A stretch of DNA of 64,000 nucleotides, taken from the human T2T-CHM13v2.0 reference genome, Homo sapiens. Shown in pieces: positions 1-16,502 of this stretch. Within the stretch, counting starts at the first letter, position 1; each line of letters starts with the position of its first letter. The stretch lies in the NCBI RefSeq assembly GCF_009914755.1, contig NC_060925.1. One strand, written 5' to 3'. A program made the translations under genes and the position numbers. A model generated the notes under the pieces. It was not told the origin of the DNA, ran no database searches, and worked only from the letters and a program-made list of their open reading frames with translations.

Positions 1-43
1 CTTCAGGGTTCAACACTGATGACCATTAAAGTCTAATATTTAC

Positions 44-228
44 CTCATACAATTTTCAGAAAGATAGTGTGGTTTGAATTGCTTGTGTAATCCTTAACAA
101 TCTCTGTACATAGTAATAACAGTCTCTGATTGGCAGGGTCTGTGACATGTTGCTCCAACAAAGGAAACAGTGATGATGATATACCATGACTAACAGATGA
201 ATCCAAACCACATGGAATAGAGGAATAG
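44..228 (-). other. Candidate spliced exon (185 nt), probably non-coding
   Basis: Minus strand: acceptor ...gatttttttttggaaaacAG|CTATTCC (AG at 230-229) and donor GAG|GTAAAT (GT at 43-42). Non-repetitive sequence; all three frames contain a stop. Confidence 0.3.
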
Positions 229-686
229 CTGTTTTCCAAAAAAAAATCGAGAAGTAATCATTCTAGAGAATGAAAGTTTGAAAGTAATCTGAGCTTTGGA
301 AAGCATTAGCCTCTACAATCTATTTCTCTCTCTTCCCTGTGTGTGTATATGTCAGCCTGGGCATGCTTCTACATATCACACCCTAGACATATTTATATTT
401 ATCACATTTTATCTGCTTCTTATCTGTCTTCAGACAAAATTATCAATTCCTGGCAGATAGGGGCAATATTTTATTCATATCTATTCCCACAAAAATTAAC
501 ACAGTGCCAGACACATTTTAGACAATCAGATATTTGTTGAATTAATAAATGAATTAATATGTCATAAGCTTTGCATACGTTGTATTTTATCTTCACAACC
601 TTGCAAATTATTTGTTATTATTTTAGATGTGAAAAAGATATAAAATGAGTCAATACTTAAAAGTAAAAATCACCTGCAGAATCATG

Positions 687-730
<44 letters not shown>

Positions 731-982
731 CTTGCTGTGTCACCCAGGCTGGAGCACAGTGGCATTATCTCAGCTCACTGCAATCTCTGCCTCTCTGGTT
801 CAAGTGACTCTCCTGCCTCAGTCTCCAAGTAGCTGGGACTACAGGCTAACTTTTATATTTTTAATAGCGATGGGGTTTCACCAGGTTGACCTGGCTGGTC
901 TCGAACTCCTGAACTCAAGTTATCCACCCACCTCAGCCTTCCAAAGTGCTGGGATTACAGGCTTGAGCCACTGTGCCTGACC
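687..982 (-). mobile_element. Alu (old AluJ/S type) whose tail is a (TA)n(GA)n microsatellite; ~18-bp internal deletion
   Basis: Antisense Alu motifs (cacccaggctggag, cctcagcctt ccaaagtgctgggattacaggc); flanked by agaatc at 678-683 and 984-989. Confidence 0.9.
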
Positions 983-1729
983 AAGAATCCTTAAAGGCAC
1001 AAAATATTTACTATTAATTGAAAAAAAAAAAAGGATGTGGGAAAGTATACGCCATCTGCGAGGTGCTTGTATACGAGGTAAGGTATGTTGTTAAAGATGC
1101 CCACAGGTGAATATTATGCAATGATCACTCTCTGCTTCCGTCCTTAAGCATGATTAAAGCTAACCTGTGACATCATAGATAATAATATTAAACTCATTAA
1201 AATATTTATAAATAATGAAGGTAAAGTTTCCAGCCAGCCCAAGGCCTAAAAGTGATGATAATAAAAATGCTATCCCCCTTTTATTTATTTAAAATCACAC
1301 TGATTTCCTTGTAAACTATACTTAGTAGCAGAATGTAGAAATATTTTATGGTCTAAATTATTTCTGTCAAAATAAGCTGGATTGAACAAAATCCTTCAAT
1401 TTCACTGATTTACTCCCTCAGCAATTGAACATAATCACTGAACAATTCTTGGACTGATCTGGGACTAATGGGTAGCTGAAATGACTAATTCATAAGTTCT
1501 TCAGAAAATGGAATATGCATTGCCAATTTGTACAATATTTTCAAACTTAAAAGCTCTATGTCCAGTAGTTCTGCAGCCCTGATGTAGATAACTACATTTT
1601 TTTAAACTAAAGTCTTGATGTTTTTATTCAAGGAATAATGAGACACTAAAGCATCTTGGAGTTCACCAGTCAGAGTTCTAACCCAGTGCATTCTTGCCTT
1701 AAATTCCCTCAACCACATGCGTTATACAA

Positions 1730-1970
1730 GTTCTTTTTTAACATCTCATACAATTTTCAAATGTACAGAAAGGATTATACAGTGGAAACCCATACACCAC
1801 TGCTTAAATTTTTCAGTTAACTTTTTTGCTATACCTTCTTTCTGATACATCCATTCTTTTATACATTATCCTATACATCCATTGTCCAATCATTTATCTT
1901 TGATAGATTTTTAGTTGCAAATAGTGTTACACTAAAGCCTTCAGCATGCATATAAGTAAATCCAGAATGT
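1730..1970 (-). mobile_element. Degraded L1ME-type 3' UTR fragment
   Basis: Weak similarity to ancient L1 3' UTR (ttttcaaatgtacagaaag...agttgcaaatag...cttcagcatgcatat). Confidence 0.4.
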
Positions 1971-2039
1971 GACTTCTTTAAAATTCTTTATATTCTGTGA
2001 TTATCAATAAATAATGAAACTTTACTTCTGTTTCCCAAA

Positions 2040-2390
2040 TGCATCAAGCTTTGTGTGGACATGGGCCTGTGCATATGCTATGTTCTCTGGTTTGAAATTT
2101 GCATTCTTCACTCTCTCCTAGCCCTAAAACTCCAGCTTATCCTTCAAATGTCATCTCAAATTTCATTTCTTAAGACATCTTCCCTATGTCCTGAGTCTAA
2201 ACTAGACACAGCCTACTATTCTGTGTCTGGACTTCTTGTTTTTTCAACTATGTATTTACTATTTGTTAGTTATTTGTTTTACATAGGATTTCCCCAGCAG
2301 ATTATAAGCATAATAGTTCTCTGCTATAGACTTGTCACCTAGCTCAATGTCCAGCAGATTGTTCCTGAAACCTACTTGTCAATTAAATAG
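2040..2390 (+). mobile_element. L2 3' fragment
   Basis: L2-like motifs (ccagcttatccttcaaatgtcatctcaaatttcatttc...cctagctcaatgtccagc). Confidence 0.45.
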
Positions 2391-3173
2391 ATGGAATATA
2401 CAAACCATCCATCTACTAAGAGATTAATAACCAGAATATGTAAAGAGCTCAAACAACTTAACAGGGAAAAATTCAGTCATCTGCTTTTAAAATGTGCAAA
2501 AGATTTGAATAAACATTTCTCAAAAGAAGACATACAAATGGCAAACAGGCATATGAAAAAGTGCCCCACATCATTGATCATCAGAGAAATGCAAATAAAA
2601 ACTACAGTGAGGTATCTGCTCACTCTAGTTAAAATGGCTTATATCCAAAAGACAGGCAATAATGAATGTTGGCAAGGATGTGGAGAAAAGGGAACCCTCA
2701 TACGCTGTTGATGGAAATGTAAATTAGTATAGCCACTATGGAGAACAGTATGGAGGTTCCTCAAAAACACTAAAAATAGAACTACCATATGATCTAGATT
2801 CCCACTGCTAGGTATATACCCAAAAGAAAGCAAATCAGTATATTGAAGAGATACCTGCACTCTTGTGTTTACCACAGTGCTACTCACAATAGCCAAGATT
2901 TGGAAGCAACCTAAATATCCTTCAAAAGATGAATGGATAAAGAAAACGTGGAATGTTTGCACAACAGAGTACTCTTCAGCCATAAAAATGAGATTCTGTT
3001 ATTTGGAACAACATGGATGGAATAGGAGGTCATTATGTTAAGTGAAATAAGACAGGTACAGGAAGACAAACTTCACATGTTCTCACTTGTCAGAGCTAAA
3101 AATTAAAACAATTGAACTTGTGGACATAGAGAACAGAATGATGGTTACCAGAGACTGGAAAGGTTAGTGTGTT

Positions 3174-3219
<46 letters not shown>

Positions 3220-3526
3220 GAAGGGGGGTTGGGGGAAATGGGGTTGGTTAATGGGTATAAAAATATATTTAGATACAATAAATAAGATCTAGTATTTGTT
3301 AGCACAACAGGGTGAGTACAGTCAATAATAATTTACTGTATATTTTAAAATAACTCAAAAAGTATAACTGGAATATTTGTAACACAAAGAAAGGATAAAT
3401 GCTTGAGGGGATGGATACCCCTTTGACTCTGGTGTGATTACTACTCATCATGTGACTATATTAATATATCTCATGTACCTGGTAAATACATACATCTTAT
3501 ATGTACTCACAAAAATAAAAAAAAAA
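2391..3526 (+). mobile_element. 5'-truncated L1 (L1MA1-4-like): ORF2 C-terminus, 3' UTR and A-tail
   Basis: ORF 2391-2711 ([29 protein letters not shown]) is the L1 ORF2p C-terminus; L1MA-type 3' UTR (gcacaacagggtga..., gcttgaggggatggataccc); A-rich end at 3510-3526. Confidence 0.9.
3167..3215. repeat. (TG)n microsatellite inside L1 3' UTR
   Basis: Direct reading. Confidence 0.95.
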
Positions 3527-3960
3527 CATGGAAAATGATAAAAGTTGTAAGAAATGATAGATACATTCAAGAGTTATGTTAAAATGGTCAGTGCTATTAT
3601 TAAGCAGAAAATTGCAGTTCCCTGCATTTTTCAGGAGACGTGTGTGTGTGAGAGTGAGTGTGTATTTTTTTTTAACCGTTATTTGTTAGGGCCACACTCT
3701 CCTCTCATCTCTTGTCTCCCTGCTTTTCTCCACAGCTCCTCAAATATGTCTCTACAAAGGACTCTGTATCTATGTACAATCAAAGAGGGGAGGAAATAAC
3801 AAAGCAAAACAAGAGAAACAATCTCAAATCTGAAAGAGAGAGAGAAAAAAAGGAAAATCCTCCTGTGAGCTGGCAGCAGCTCACTTGTCAAGTCTTCTGC
3901 AAAAGATTCCCAACAGAGTTAATATCTCAAAATTAATTCATCCACTTTTGGCAAATGAAA

Positions 3961-3971
3961 TGCTGAGTCAA
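3961..3971 (-). promoter_or_regulatory. MARE/ARE-like (AP-1/CNC-sMaf) motif TGCTGAGTCA
   Basis: Exact TGCTGAGTCA with an AT-rich 5' flank, in unique sequence; motif match only. Confidence 0.3.
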
Positions 3972-4278
3972 TGCTGGCAGGGTATTTTAGTTGCTTTCCA
4001 AGTATTACTTTCAATAAATATACAGGAAAAAACAAGGAAGCCTAATCCAAACCTCTTTCAATATAGACATCTATCTTTTGATACTGAAGAAGTAGGCCTG
4101 TAATAAGTCTGGGGTGGTGGTTGCCAATATGATTGAAACATTTTCCATTAATTAAAATTTCAGGGGAAGGAAAAGATAAACACTTGGGGAAAGTGAAACG
4201 CTGTATCATTGGAGATTCAGAATACAGATTAGCATTGTAAGGAAATATGTTCATAAATTCTAACATTTTCCAACACTG

Positions 4279-4394
4279 TTGATCAAATAATTGACAAATA
4301 TTTATTTGTTCAAATAACTGATCAAATAATCAAATATATTGATCAAAATATCAAAAATCAAATAATTTGATCAAGATATTTTGATCAAATAACT
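4279..4394. repeat. Degenerate tandem repeat of (TTGA)TCAAATA(A), about 10 units
   Basis: gatcaaataa/gacaaata/ttcaaataa/atcaaataa/gatcaaaata/gatcaaataa repeated over ~115 bp. Confidence 0.8.
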
Positions 4395-6279
4395 GGCATC
4401 TTTCTAGCAGTAACTTTTAATAGCCCATATTATTAGTTCATACTAAAAACTGATATGCATAGTTTACAACTCCATGAAACAGTTTGAGAAATGTTGTGCT
4501 TCTTAAGTTTTAACCCATTTGTATGCAGAATACTGATCTTAGAGTAAGGGTGTATTTACAAAATTATGAAAAATCTTTAACTGATTTTAAAAACAATGAG
4601 CATGTTCCCAATCTGAAGTCAATGAATTTATCAGAGATCTCGGTTCTTTTGGGCACTAGTGGAAGCTGCCACAATAATTTAGGATATTAATACTCTGGTA
4701 CTTTGGCAGAAATGTCTTGTAGGCCCATATTGTCCCCCCTCCTCCCACTATCTACTTTGCATTACCACTTCACGTTGAAGTTTATACTGTAAAACATCCC
4801 TGTCATTTGGCAATTCATTTTAAGAGACTCAATTTCTGGGAAAAATAAATTCTTATTTCTCAAATACTATAATTCAAATTTCTTAGAGCATACAACTTTA
4901 GCTATAGTTAAAATAGAATATTCCAGGACTATTTTTTTATCTATGTTTCTACTAGAGTGACATTCTTCCTTTCACTGTCTAATATGTATATGATATTTTT
5001 AGGTAACGTATAAAAATATAAGTTCTAAGAAGTCTGTGGATTTTTTTAGGAAAGTCAATGATTTTTATCTTATACATATATGTATATATATATATGTATA
5101 TACATAATAGGCAATATTTCCTGACAAATGTGGCAAAAACTTTTTAAGCAGGTATTACTAATTTATTAGTCCATTTCCAAAATGAAACAATTTTAGGGAA
5201 AATATATATTATCTTAGGCAATACACAAGGCATTGAGAATATTTTGTTTGGATAGTTCCTGGCAGGTATTGGAATTATGATGGTTTTTAATAAAGTGTGA
5301 ATGATTCTAAAACTGTCATTATTGAAAATTACCATTATTATTTTCACACCATTCACTACCTCAATGATGTACAGCTTGTCAAAAGTTCTCCACTTAGGTT
5401 AAAATTAGTTGCATTTCAATTGAAGAGCTTTAAAGAAATTAGGATAAATGCATCCTATTATATGAAAGCACAAATTGCCCTTTTTTAGTAATAAGGTATT
5501 TTTATTCGTTATCTTACCATAAAAAATCTTATTTAAATAATGAATATTTTGGAAGGTGATAAAACAATTGAGTTCCACCTCTGTGGAAAAAAAGATAGTT
5601 TAGTACCAAAAAATCTAGAAATCATTTTTAAAAATCTTGAAACCCTTGCTAAAACTGTACACATTTATGATAATTTATATATATATTAATTTATACTTTC
5701 TGTCTATACTATATATGTTTTATATAACATAGGTACATACATCCTTTACTGTTTTACTGGAAGTAAAACAGTCCTTTACTTCCAGTAACAGCAGACCAAA
5801 TGTCCCACTGAGAAAAACTGGAAAAGCTATATATATACATAAAGATTGTATTTTTGAATATATTTGGGAACAAACAAAATAATATTAATGCAATACTAAA
5901 AATAACCCTTAAGAAAGACAGCAACTTGGCTTTCAGTCATCTTAGTCCCTGATACTGTATTTAAGTTATTCTTGATTCCAAATACCAATAAGCATCACAA
6001 ACAAACCAGTTTTTGAGAAAGACAACATAATCTTAGCTGACGAACTATTTTTTAACATGATTTTGCATTTATAATGACTAGCAAATAAGCAAACAAACAA
6101 CAAAAATGCAGTCACATGAAGAGTCAAGGCAATATAAATGAGTAATAAAAGAAGCAAAACTAATAAAAAGAGACCACTGGGGTCTTGCCAGCAATTAATC
6201 AATTTTATTAGTCTTTGTTCCAAAGAACCAACTTTGAATCTACAATCAAAATATTTTCATTAAGAAAACTCTATACCTG

Positions 6280-7182
6280 AGGGAGGAGCCAAGATGGCCG
6301 AATAGGAACAGCTCCGGTCTACAGCTCCCAGCGTGAGCGACGCAGAAGACGGGTGATTTCTGCATTTCAATCTGAGGTACCGGGTTCATCTCACTAGGAA
6401 GTGCCAGACAGTGGGCGCAGGTCAGTGGGTGCGCGCACCGTGCGCGAGCCGAAGCAGGGCGAGGCATTGCCTCACTTGGGAAGCGCAAGGGGTCAGGGAG
6501 TTCCCTTTCCTAGTCAAAGAAAGGGGTGACGGACGCACCTGGAAAATCGGGTCACTCCCACGCGAATACTGCGCTTTTCCAACCAGCTTAAAAAACGGCG
6601 CACCACGAGATTATATCGCACCTGGCTTGGAGGGTCCTACGCCCACGGAGTCTCGCTGATTGCTAGCACAGCAGTCTGAGATCAAACTGCAAGGCGGCAG
6701 CGAGGCTGGGGGAGGGGCGCCCGCCATTGCCCAGGCTTGCTAAGGTAAACAAAGCAGCCAGGAAGCTCCAACTGGGTGGAGCCCACCACAGCTCAAGGAG
6801 GCCTGCCTGCCTCTGTAGGCTCCACCTCTGGGAGCAGGGCACAGACAAACAAAAAGACAGCAGTAACCTCTGCAGACTTAAATGTCCCTGTCTGACAGCT
6901 TTGAAGACAGCAGTGGTTCTCCCAGCACACAGCTGGAGATCTGAGAACGGGCAGACTGCCTCCTCAAGTGGTTCCCTGACCCCTGACCCCCGAGCAGCCT
7001 AACTGGGAGGCACCCCCCAGCAGGGGCACACTGACACCTCACACGGCAGGGTACTCCAACAGACCTGCAGCTGAGGGTCCTGTCTGTTAGAAGGAAAACT
7101 AACAAACAGAAAGGACATCCACACCAAAAACCCATCTGTACATCACCATCATCAAAGACCAAAAGTAGATAAAACCACAAAG
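6280..7182 (+). promoter_or_regulatory. L1 5' UTR: CpG-rich internal sense promoter plus antisense promoter; YY1 site at 6290-6299
   Basis: CAAGATGGCC YY1 motif; locally high CpG density; canonical primate L1 5' UTR sequence. Confidence 0.9.
6611..6727 (-). pseudogene. L1 ORF0, truncated to 38 aa (MAGAPPPASLPPCSLISDCCASNQRDSVGVGPSKPGAI*)
   Basis: ATG at 6727-6725; the frameshift in ttatatcgcacc (consensus ttatatcccgcacc) gives TAA at 6613-6611. Confidence 0.85.
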
Positions 7183-8502
<1,320 letters not shown>

Positions 8503-8565
8503 AGACCATCGAGACTAGGAAGAAACTGCATCAACTAATGAGCAAAATAACCAGCTAACATCATA

Positions 8566-12386
<3,821 letters not shown>

Positions 12387-12606
12387 ACAATAAGATCACA
12401 TGGACACAGGAAGGGGAATATCACACTCTGGGGACTGCTGTGAGGTGGGGGAGGGGGGAGGGATAGCATTGGGAGATATACCTAATGCTAGATGACGAGT
12501 TAGTGGGTGCAGCTCACCAGCATAGCACATGTATATATATGTAACTAACCTGCACAATGTGCACATGTACCCTAAAACTTAAAGTATAACAAAAATTAAA
12601 AAAAAA

Positions 12607-13200
12607 AAGAAAACTCTATACCTGGATGTCTATACCAGTGAATTATACCAATATTTAAGGAAGACAAATTATACAAAGTCTTCTAGAGTAAAGAACAAAA
12701 AAAAATGTATCCCCAAACATACTCTGTGAGCTAGGTATAACCTTGATAACAATAACCTAACAAGAATTTTAGGAGAATGGAAAATTGTAGGTTGTTCGTA
12801 CTTATAAACATAGATGTAAAACCTTTTTAAAAAGTCAAAGTCAACAGAATTAATCTGGAATGTATAAAAATAATAGTACATCACAGAAAAATTGAAATTA
12901 TTACACGGATTTAAGGCAGGTTCTATGTTAAATATCAATCAATGCAATACACATTTACATCATAAAGGAGAAAAAAATTGATTATTTCCATTGGTTTAGA
13001 AAAATATGAAACAAAGTTATAAACCAATTCATAATAAACACCCTCAGAAAACTTCTTTCTATGGAAATTCTGAGGGAACTTTCTTTTATTCACAATTATA
13101 GCAAGGGTATTAAAATTATAGCAAAGCCATATTTATGTTAAAGTAGTGAAAAGTTTTTTTCTGTGATAACAGAAACTAAACAAGAATGTCTGCTGTTACC
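12607..13200 (+). mobile_element. Ancient L1 (L1M/L1ME) ORF2 fragment, the insertion target of the young L1; continues on the left at ~6220-6279
   Basis: Degenerate coding for KK.PGPDG..EFYQ / NSF.EA.ITLI / PI.L.NID.K / Q.WF.I.SIN.IH segments of ORF2, colinear across the TSD. Confidence 0.75.
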
Positions 13201-14989
13201 TAACAAATATCATTTTATTAAAAATGTAATTACGAGCCATCCTACCAGACTAAATTTGTTATATTTCAATGGTTTCAACATGAACTGTGAACAACTGATG
13301 GCAGAAAAGATGGTACACAATTAGCTTTGTAATGAAGAACATTTTTGCACTTATATTAAAGAAAATTGATAAGAAGCTTCATGTATTCTTGAATTTAGTG
13401 AGTCATTGATTAATTTTTTTATTTTGCTTTCGATCTTTCAAATTTTATACAATTATTAAACACTCAAATTTTCTAATAAAATATTTGTAGCTATCAAAAG
13501 AGTATAAATATTCTCCCAATTTCGCATAACACTATATGACATAAAATACTTTTAATTAAATAAAAAGTCCATAATCTTAGCATCTGGTACATAGAAAATT
13601 TTCATTCATAACATAATCAGGAGTTTCTCTGTACCAACACTTCCTGCTTAGAAAGTGTGCTAATTCAATCAATAATCACTAATTGAGTCTATTCTGTGGA
13701 TTATAGTCCCTTCTCTTAAGAAGACAGCACTCATAAAGGGAGAAAAGTGTGAAAAGTACAAACATAACAGTAATATAACATAGAAAATGAAAAGCGCTAT
13801 TAGAAAGGAACAGAGAAAGGGGCACATATGTTCAGAACAATGAGAGATTTCATTAGGTAAAGAGATGAGTCAGAGCTGGTTACAAATGCCATGTTTAATA
13901 TCTATTGAATATATCCTTTACAATTCTTACTCTGCTTAGTGGAAGTTGGAGTAAGATGGTCTTTATCAACAATTCATGAAAATTCAAAATTTGTCTTTTC
14001 CTTGATCTATGATATCTAATAATGTATTTTCTCTCAGATAAATAGTATGCTCCGCTAGATGTGAAATACGTGTTTCAGAAAGGTTGTACATAAAGTATGG
14101 TTTCATTACATTATAATTTAAAAGCTTTAAAATATTTTCAGTGTTGTTTTGGGACCCTGTCAGGGACTATTTTCAGTAGGCAAGAGGGAAGTACTCGTCG
14201 GCAGGGCTCCCTGTAGACCTCTTCCTTCACAGGAGAGAACTACTCAAATTTCATCGCTTTTACATATCCAATAGTCTTCATAAAATTTTACTTTCATTTT
14301 GGACAACAGGTTTTCTGGTCAAAAAAAAAAAATGAAAGAAAGAAAAAAAAATTAAAAGCCCCCAAAACGTGCAGTCTATTCACTTGCTACTTATAGAAAC
14401 ACTGACTATCTTAAATGCAAAAAATGGACACTTGTCATCAGTGTGCTTTTGGGGGTTTCATTTGAAGTTCCTCTTGAATGCCAGTACTTGGAATCCTGCC
14501 TTACCTTCCCAATACTACTAAAATATCTGTCATTAATCTCCTACTTTCAGAATATGTGCACTTCATCATTCATGCATTCAACAAAAAGGTATTTATATCT
14601 ACTATTTGGCAGATACAGGTAATACATTGGTGGGGCAAAAAAGACACTCCCTGGTAACTTTCTCCCTGATTTCAAACACTTCTTTTCAAACTAAAACTTC
14701 AATCTCTGCTGCTGGCCATACCTGACTGTGACTTCTTACCTCATTTTTCTTGCCTTATTGTTTTTATTTACTTCAACCTCTCACATCAGCCTTTCTCATT
14801 GTCTGTGATGAAGACTTTTTGGCTGCCCTAGACACACCAGGTCTTATTACTGTCTCCATCCTTAAGATGGAGACTATTGTTCTTACAATAATCTGTTTCT
14901 ACATCTCCCCCACCATTAAAACATTTTTTAAAGATTTGCCAAAACTCAAGTTCTACTTCTTCACTTTACTTTTTCCTTTAGCCACTCCA

Positions 14990-15857
14990 ATAAAATGCTA
15001 ATAAATAAATCACTTTGGTCAAATCTTCTGCTCAAATCTGCCAATTTCATCTTGAAAAACCCAACAGATAATAATTTCTGATATTAGTTAACCATTAGTT
15101 AACCTCTCTTCAGCATTTTCATTGTCAATCATTCATTTTTCAAGAGACACTTTTTTCAACTTCCCTTTAGAATACTACCATCTTGAAATGTTTTTCCTAC
15201 CTTGCTACCCACCTTCAGTGTACTTTCCTGGATGGGCACTCCTCAACACCTCAATAGTGGAGAGTCTCCATGCTCAGTCTTATTCCTGTTCCCCTTTATA
15301 TCTGTATTAAAAAATTTGGTGATCTCCCCTAGTCCTATGGATTTAATACCATCTACAAATTGATTACTCAAAAATTCACATAAAGAAACAGACTGATCAG
15401 ACTGATGTATAGAAGATTTAGCATGTTCAGGATAAAACTCTATATTTTCTCATCCATCCATACACACACACACACACACACATACACACACACACACCCT
15501 TGATCCTTTTTAAAGGTTCTGTAAGTGATAGCATATCACCCAGTTCTCAAGCTAAGACCTAGCAGTTACTGCTAATTTCTCTTTTCTCATAAAAGTCTCT
15601 TCAGTGAGTTGTTCTAAAATAACCTCTCCCTCTTTTATTGCCCCACTCTACTCAGTTATTATGATTTATCATTATACACTGATCATTACCTGAAGTAATA
15701 GTAGAGTTTTAACGTTTACTTATTTATTTTTTTCTCCACCTTTAGAGTGCACCTGGAGGGCAAGGACATTGTCTGTATTTTCTGAAAGTATTCTCAGAAC
15801 CTAGAAATTCTGGCATATTACAGGCACTGAATAAGTCTTCATTGAAGGAATAAATGT
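14990..15857 (+). mobile_element. L2 3' fragments
   Basis: L2 motifs (gatctcccctagtcctatggatttaataccatctac; gagggcaaggacattgtctg...gaaggaataaatg tail); contains (CA)n at 15462-15496. Confidence 0.7.
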
Positions 15858-16159
15858 GTATGCAATGGAGATTTGAATATATAAGCATATAACTATGTAG
15901 GTACCATCTATTTTTCTGTTAATGTTTTCCCTACCCATCTGGTTGTCTCCCAACATTTGCAGAGTAAAATACCTCTTAATCCTTTGTCTGTACTAAAATA
16001 GGCTCTTTGAAGCTTTTTTGGATTTCTCCAGGAAGTTGTAGGTGCTTACACTGTTAGGATTCTACACCTTGCACAAATCTTTACTGCTGCAGTGATAGTG
16101 TGTGCTGCAATTTTGTGTTTTTATATCTTTTTCACCTATAGTATATATGTTTTTCCAAG

Positions 16160-16312
16160 GCTCTGGCTTCTGCATCTGTGGATTCAACCAACAATGGGTC
16201 AAAAATATATTTAAAAAATGGATGGTTGCTCCTGTACTAAACATGTACGGACTATTGTTTCTCGTCATTACTCTTAAAACAATACAGTACAACAACTATT
16301 TAAATAGCTTTT
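16160..16312 (-). mobile_element. MER2 (Tigger-family MITE), left part
   Basis: gcatctgtggattcaaccaac...ctgtactaaacatgtac...aacaatacagtacaacaactattt. Confidence 0.8.
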
Positions 16313-16502
16313 AATGAATTTTTAAAAATATTTTTACTTTTAATGTTTCCTGAAGCTTGTTGTAATATTGTAACTCTGTCTTAGCACTAGTATTTCCCAG
16401 AAGTCACTAAAAGTCCCTGAAAGTCCAACTGACAGAAAAGATGAATTTGATTAAAAGGAAAAAAATACAGAATTCAGCATACTTGAACAGTATGCTGATG
16501 CA

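Noticed and set aside
4279-4394. CRISPR-like array (also considered for 59388-59458)
   Set aside because: No constant repeat with unique spacers; eukaryotic low-complexity or tandem repeats.
14140-14330. Possible hAT-type MER fragment
   Set aside because: Similarity too weak to name or delimit by eye.
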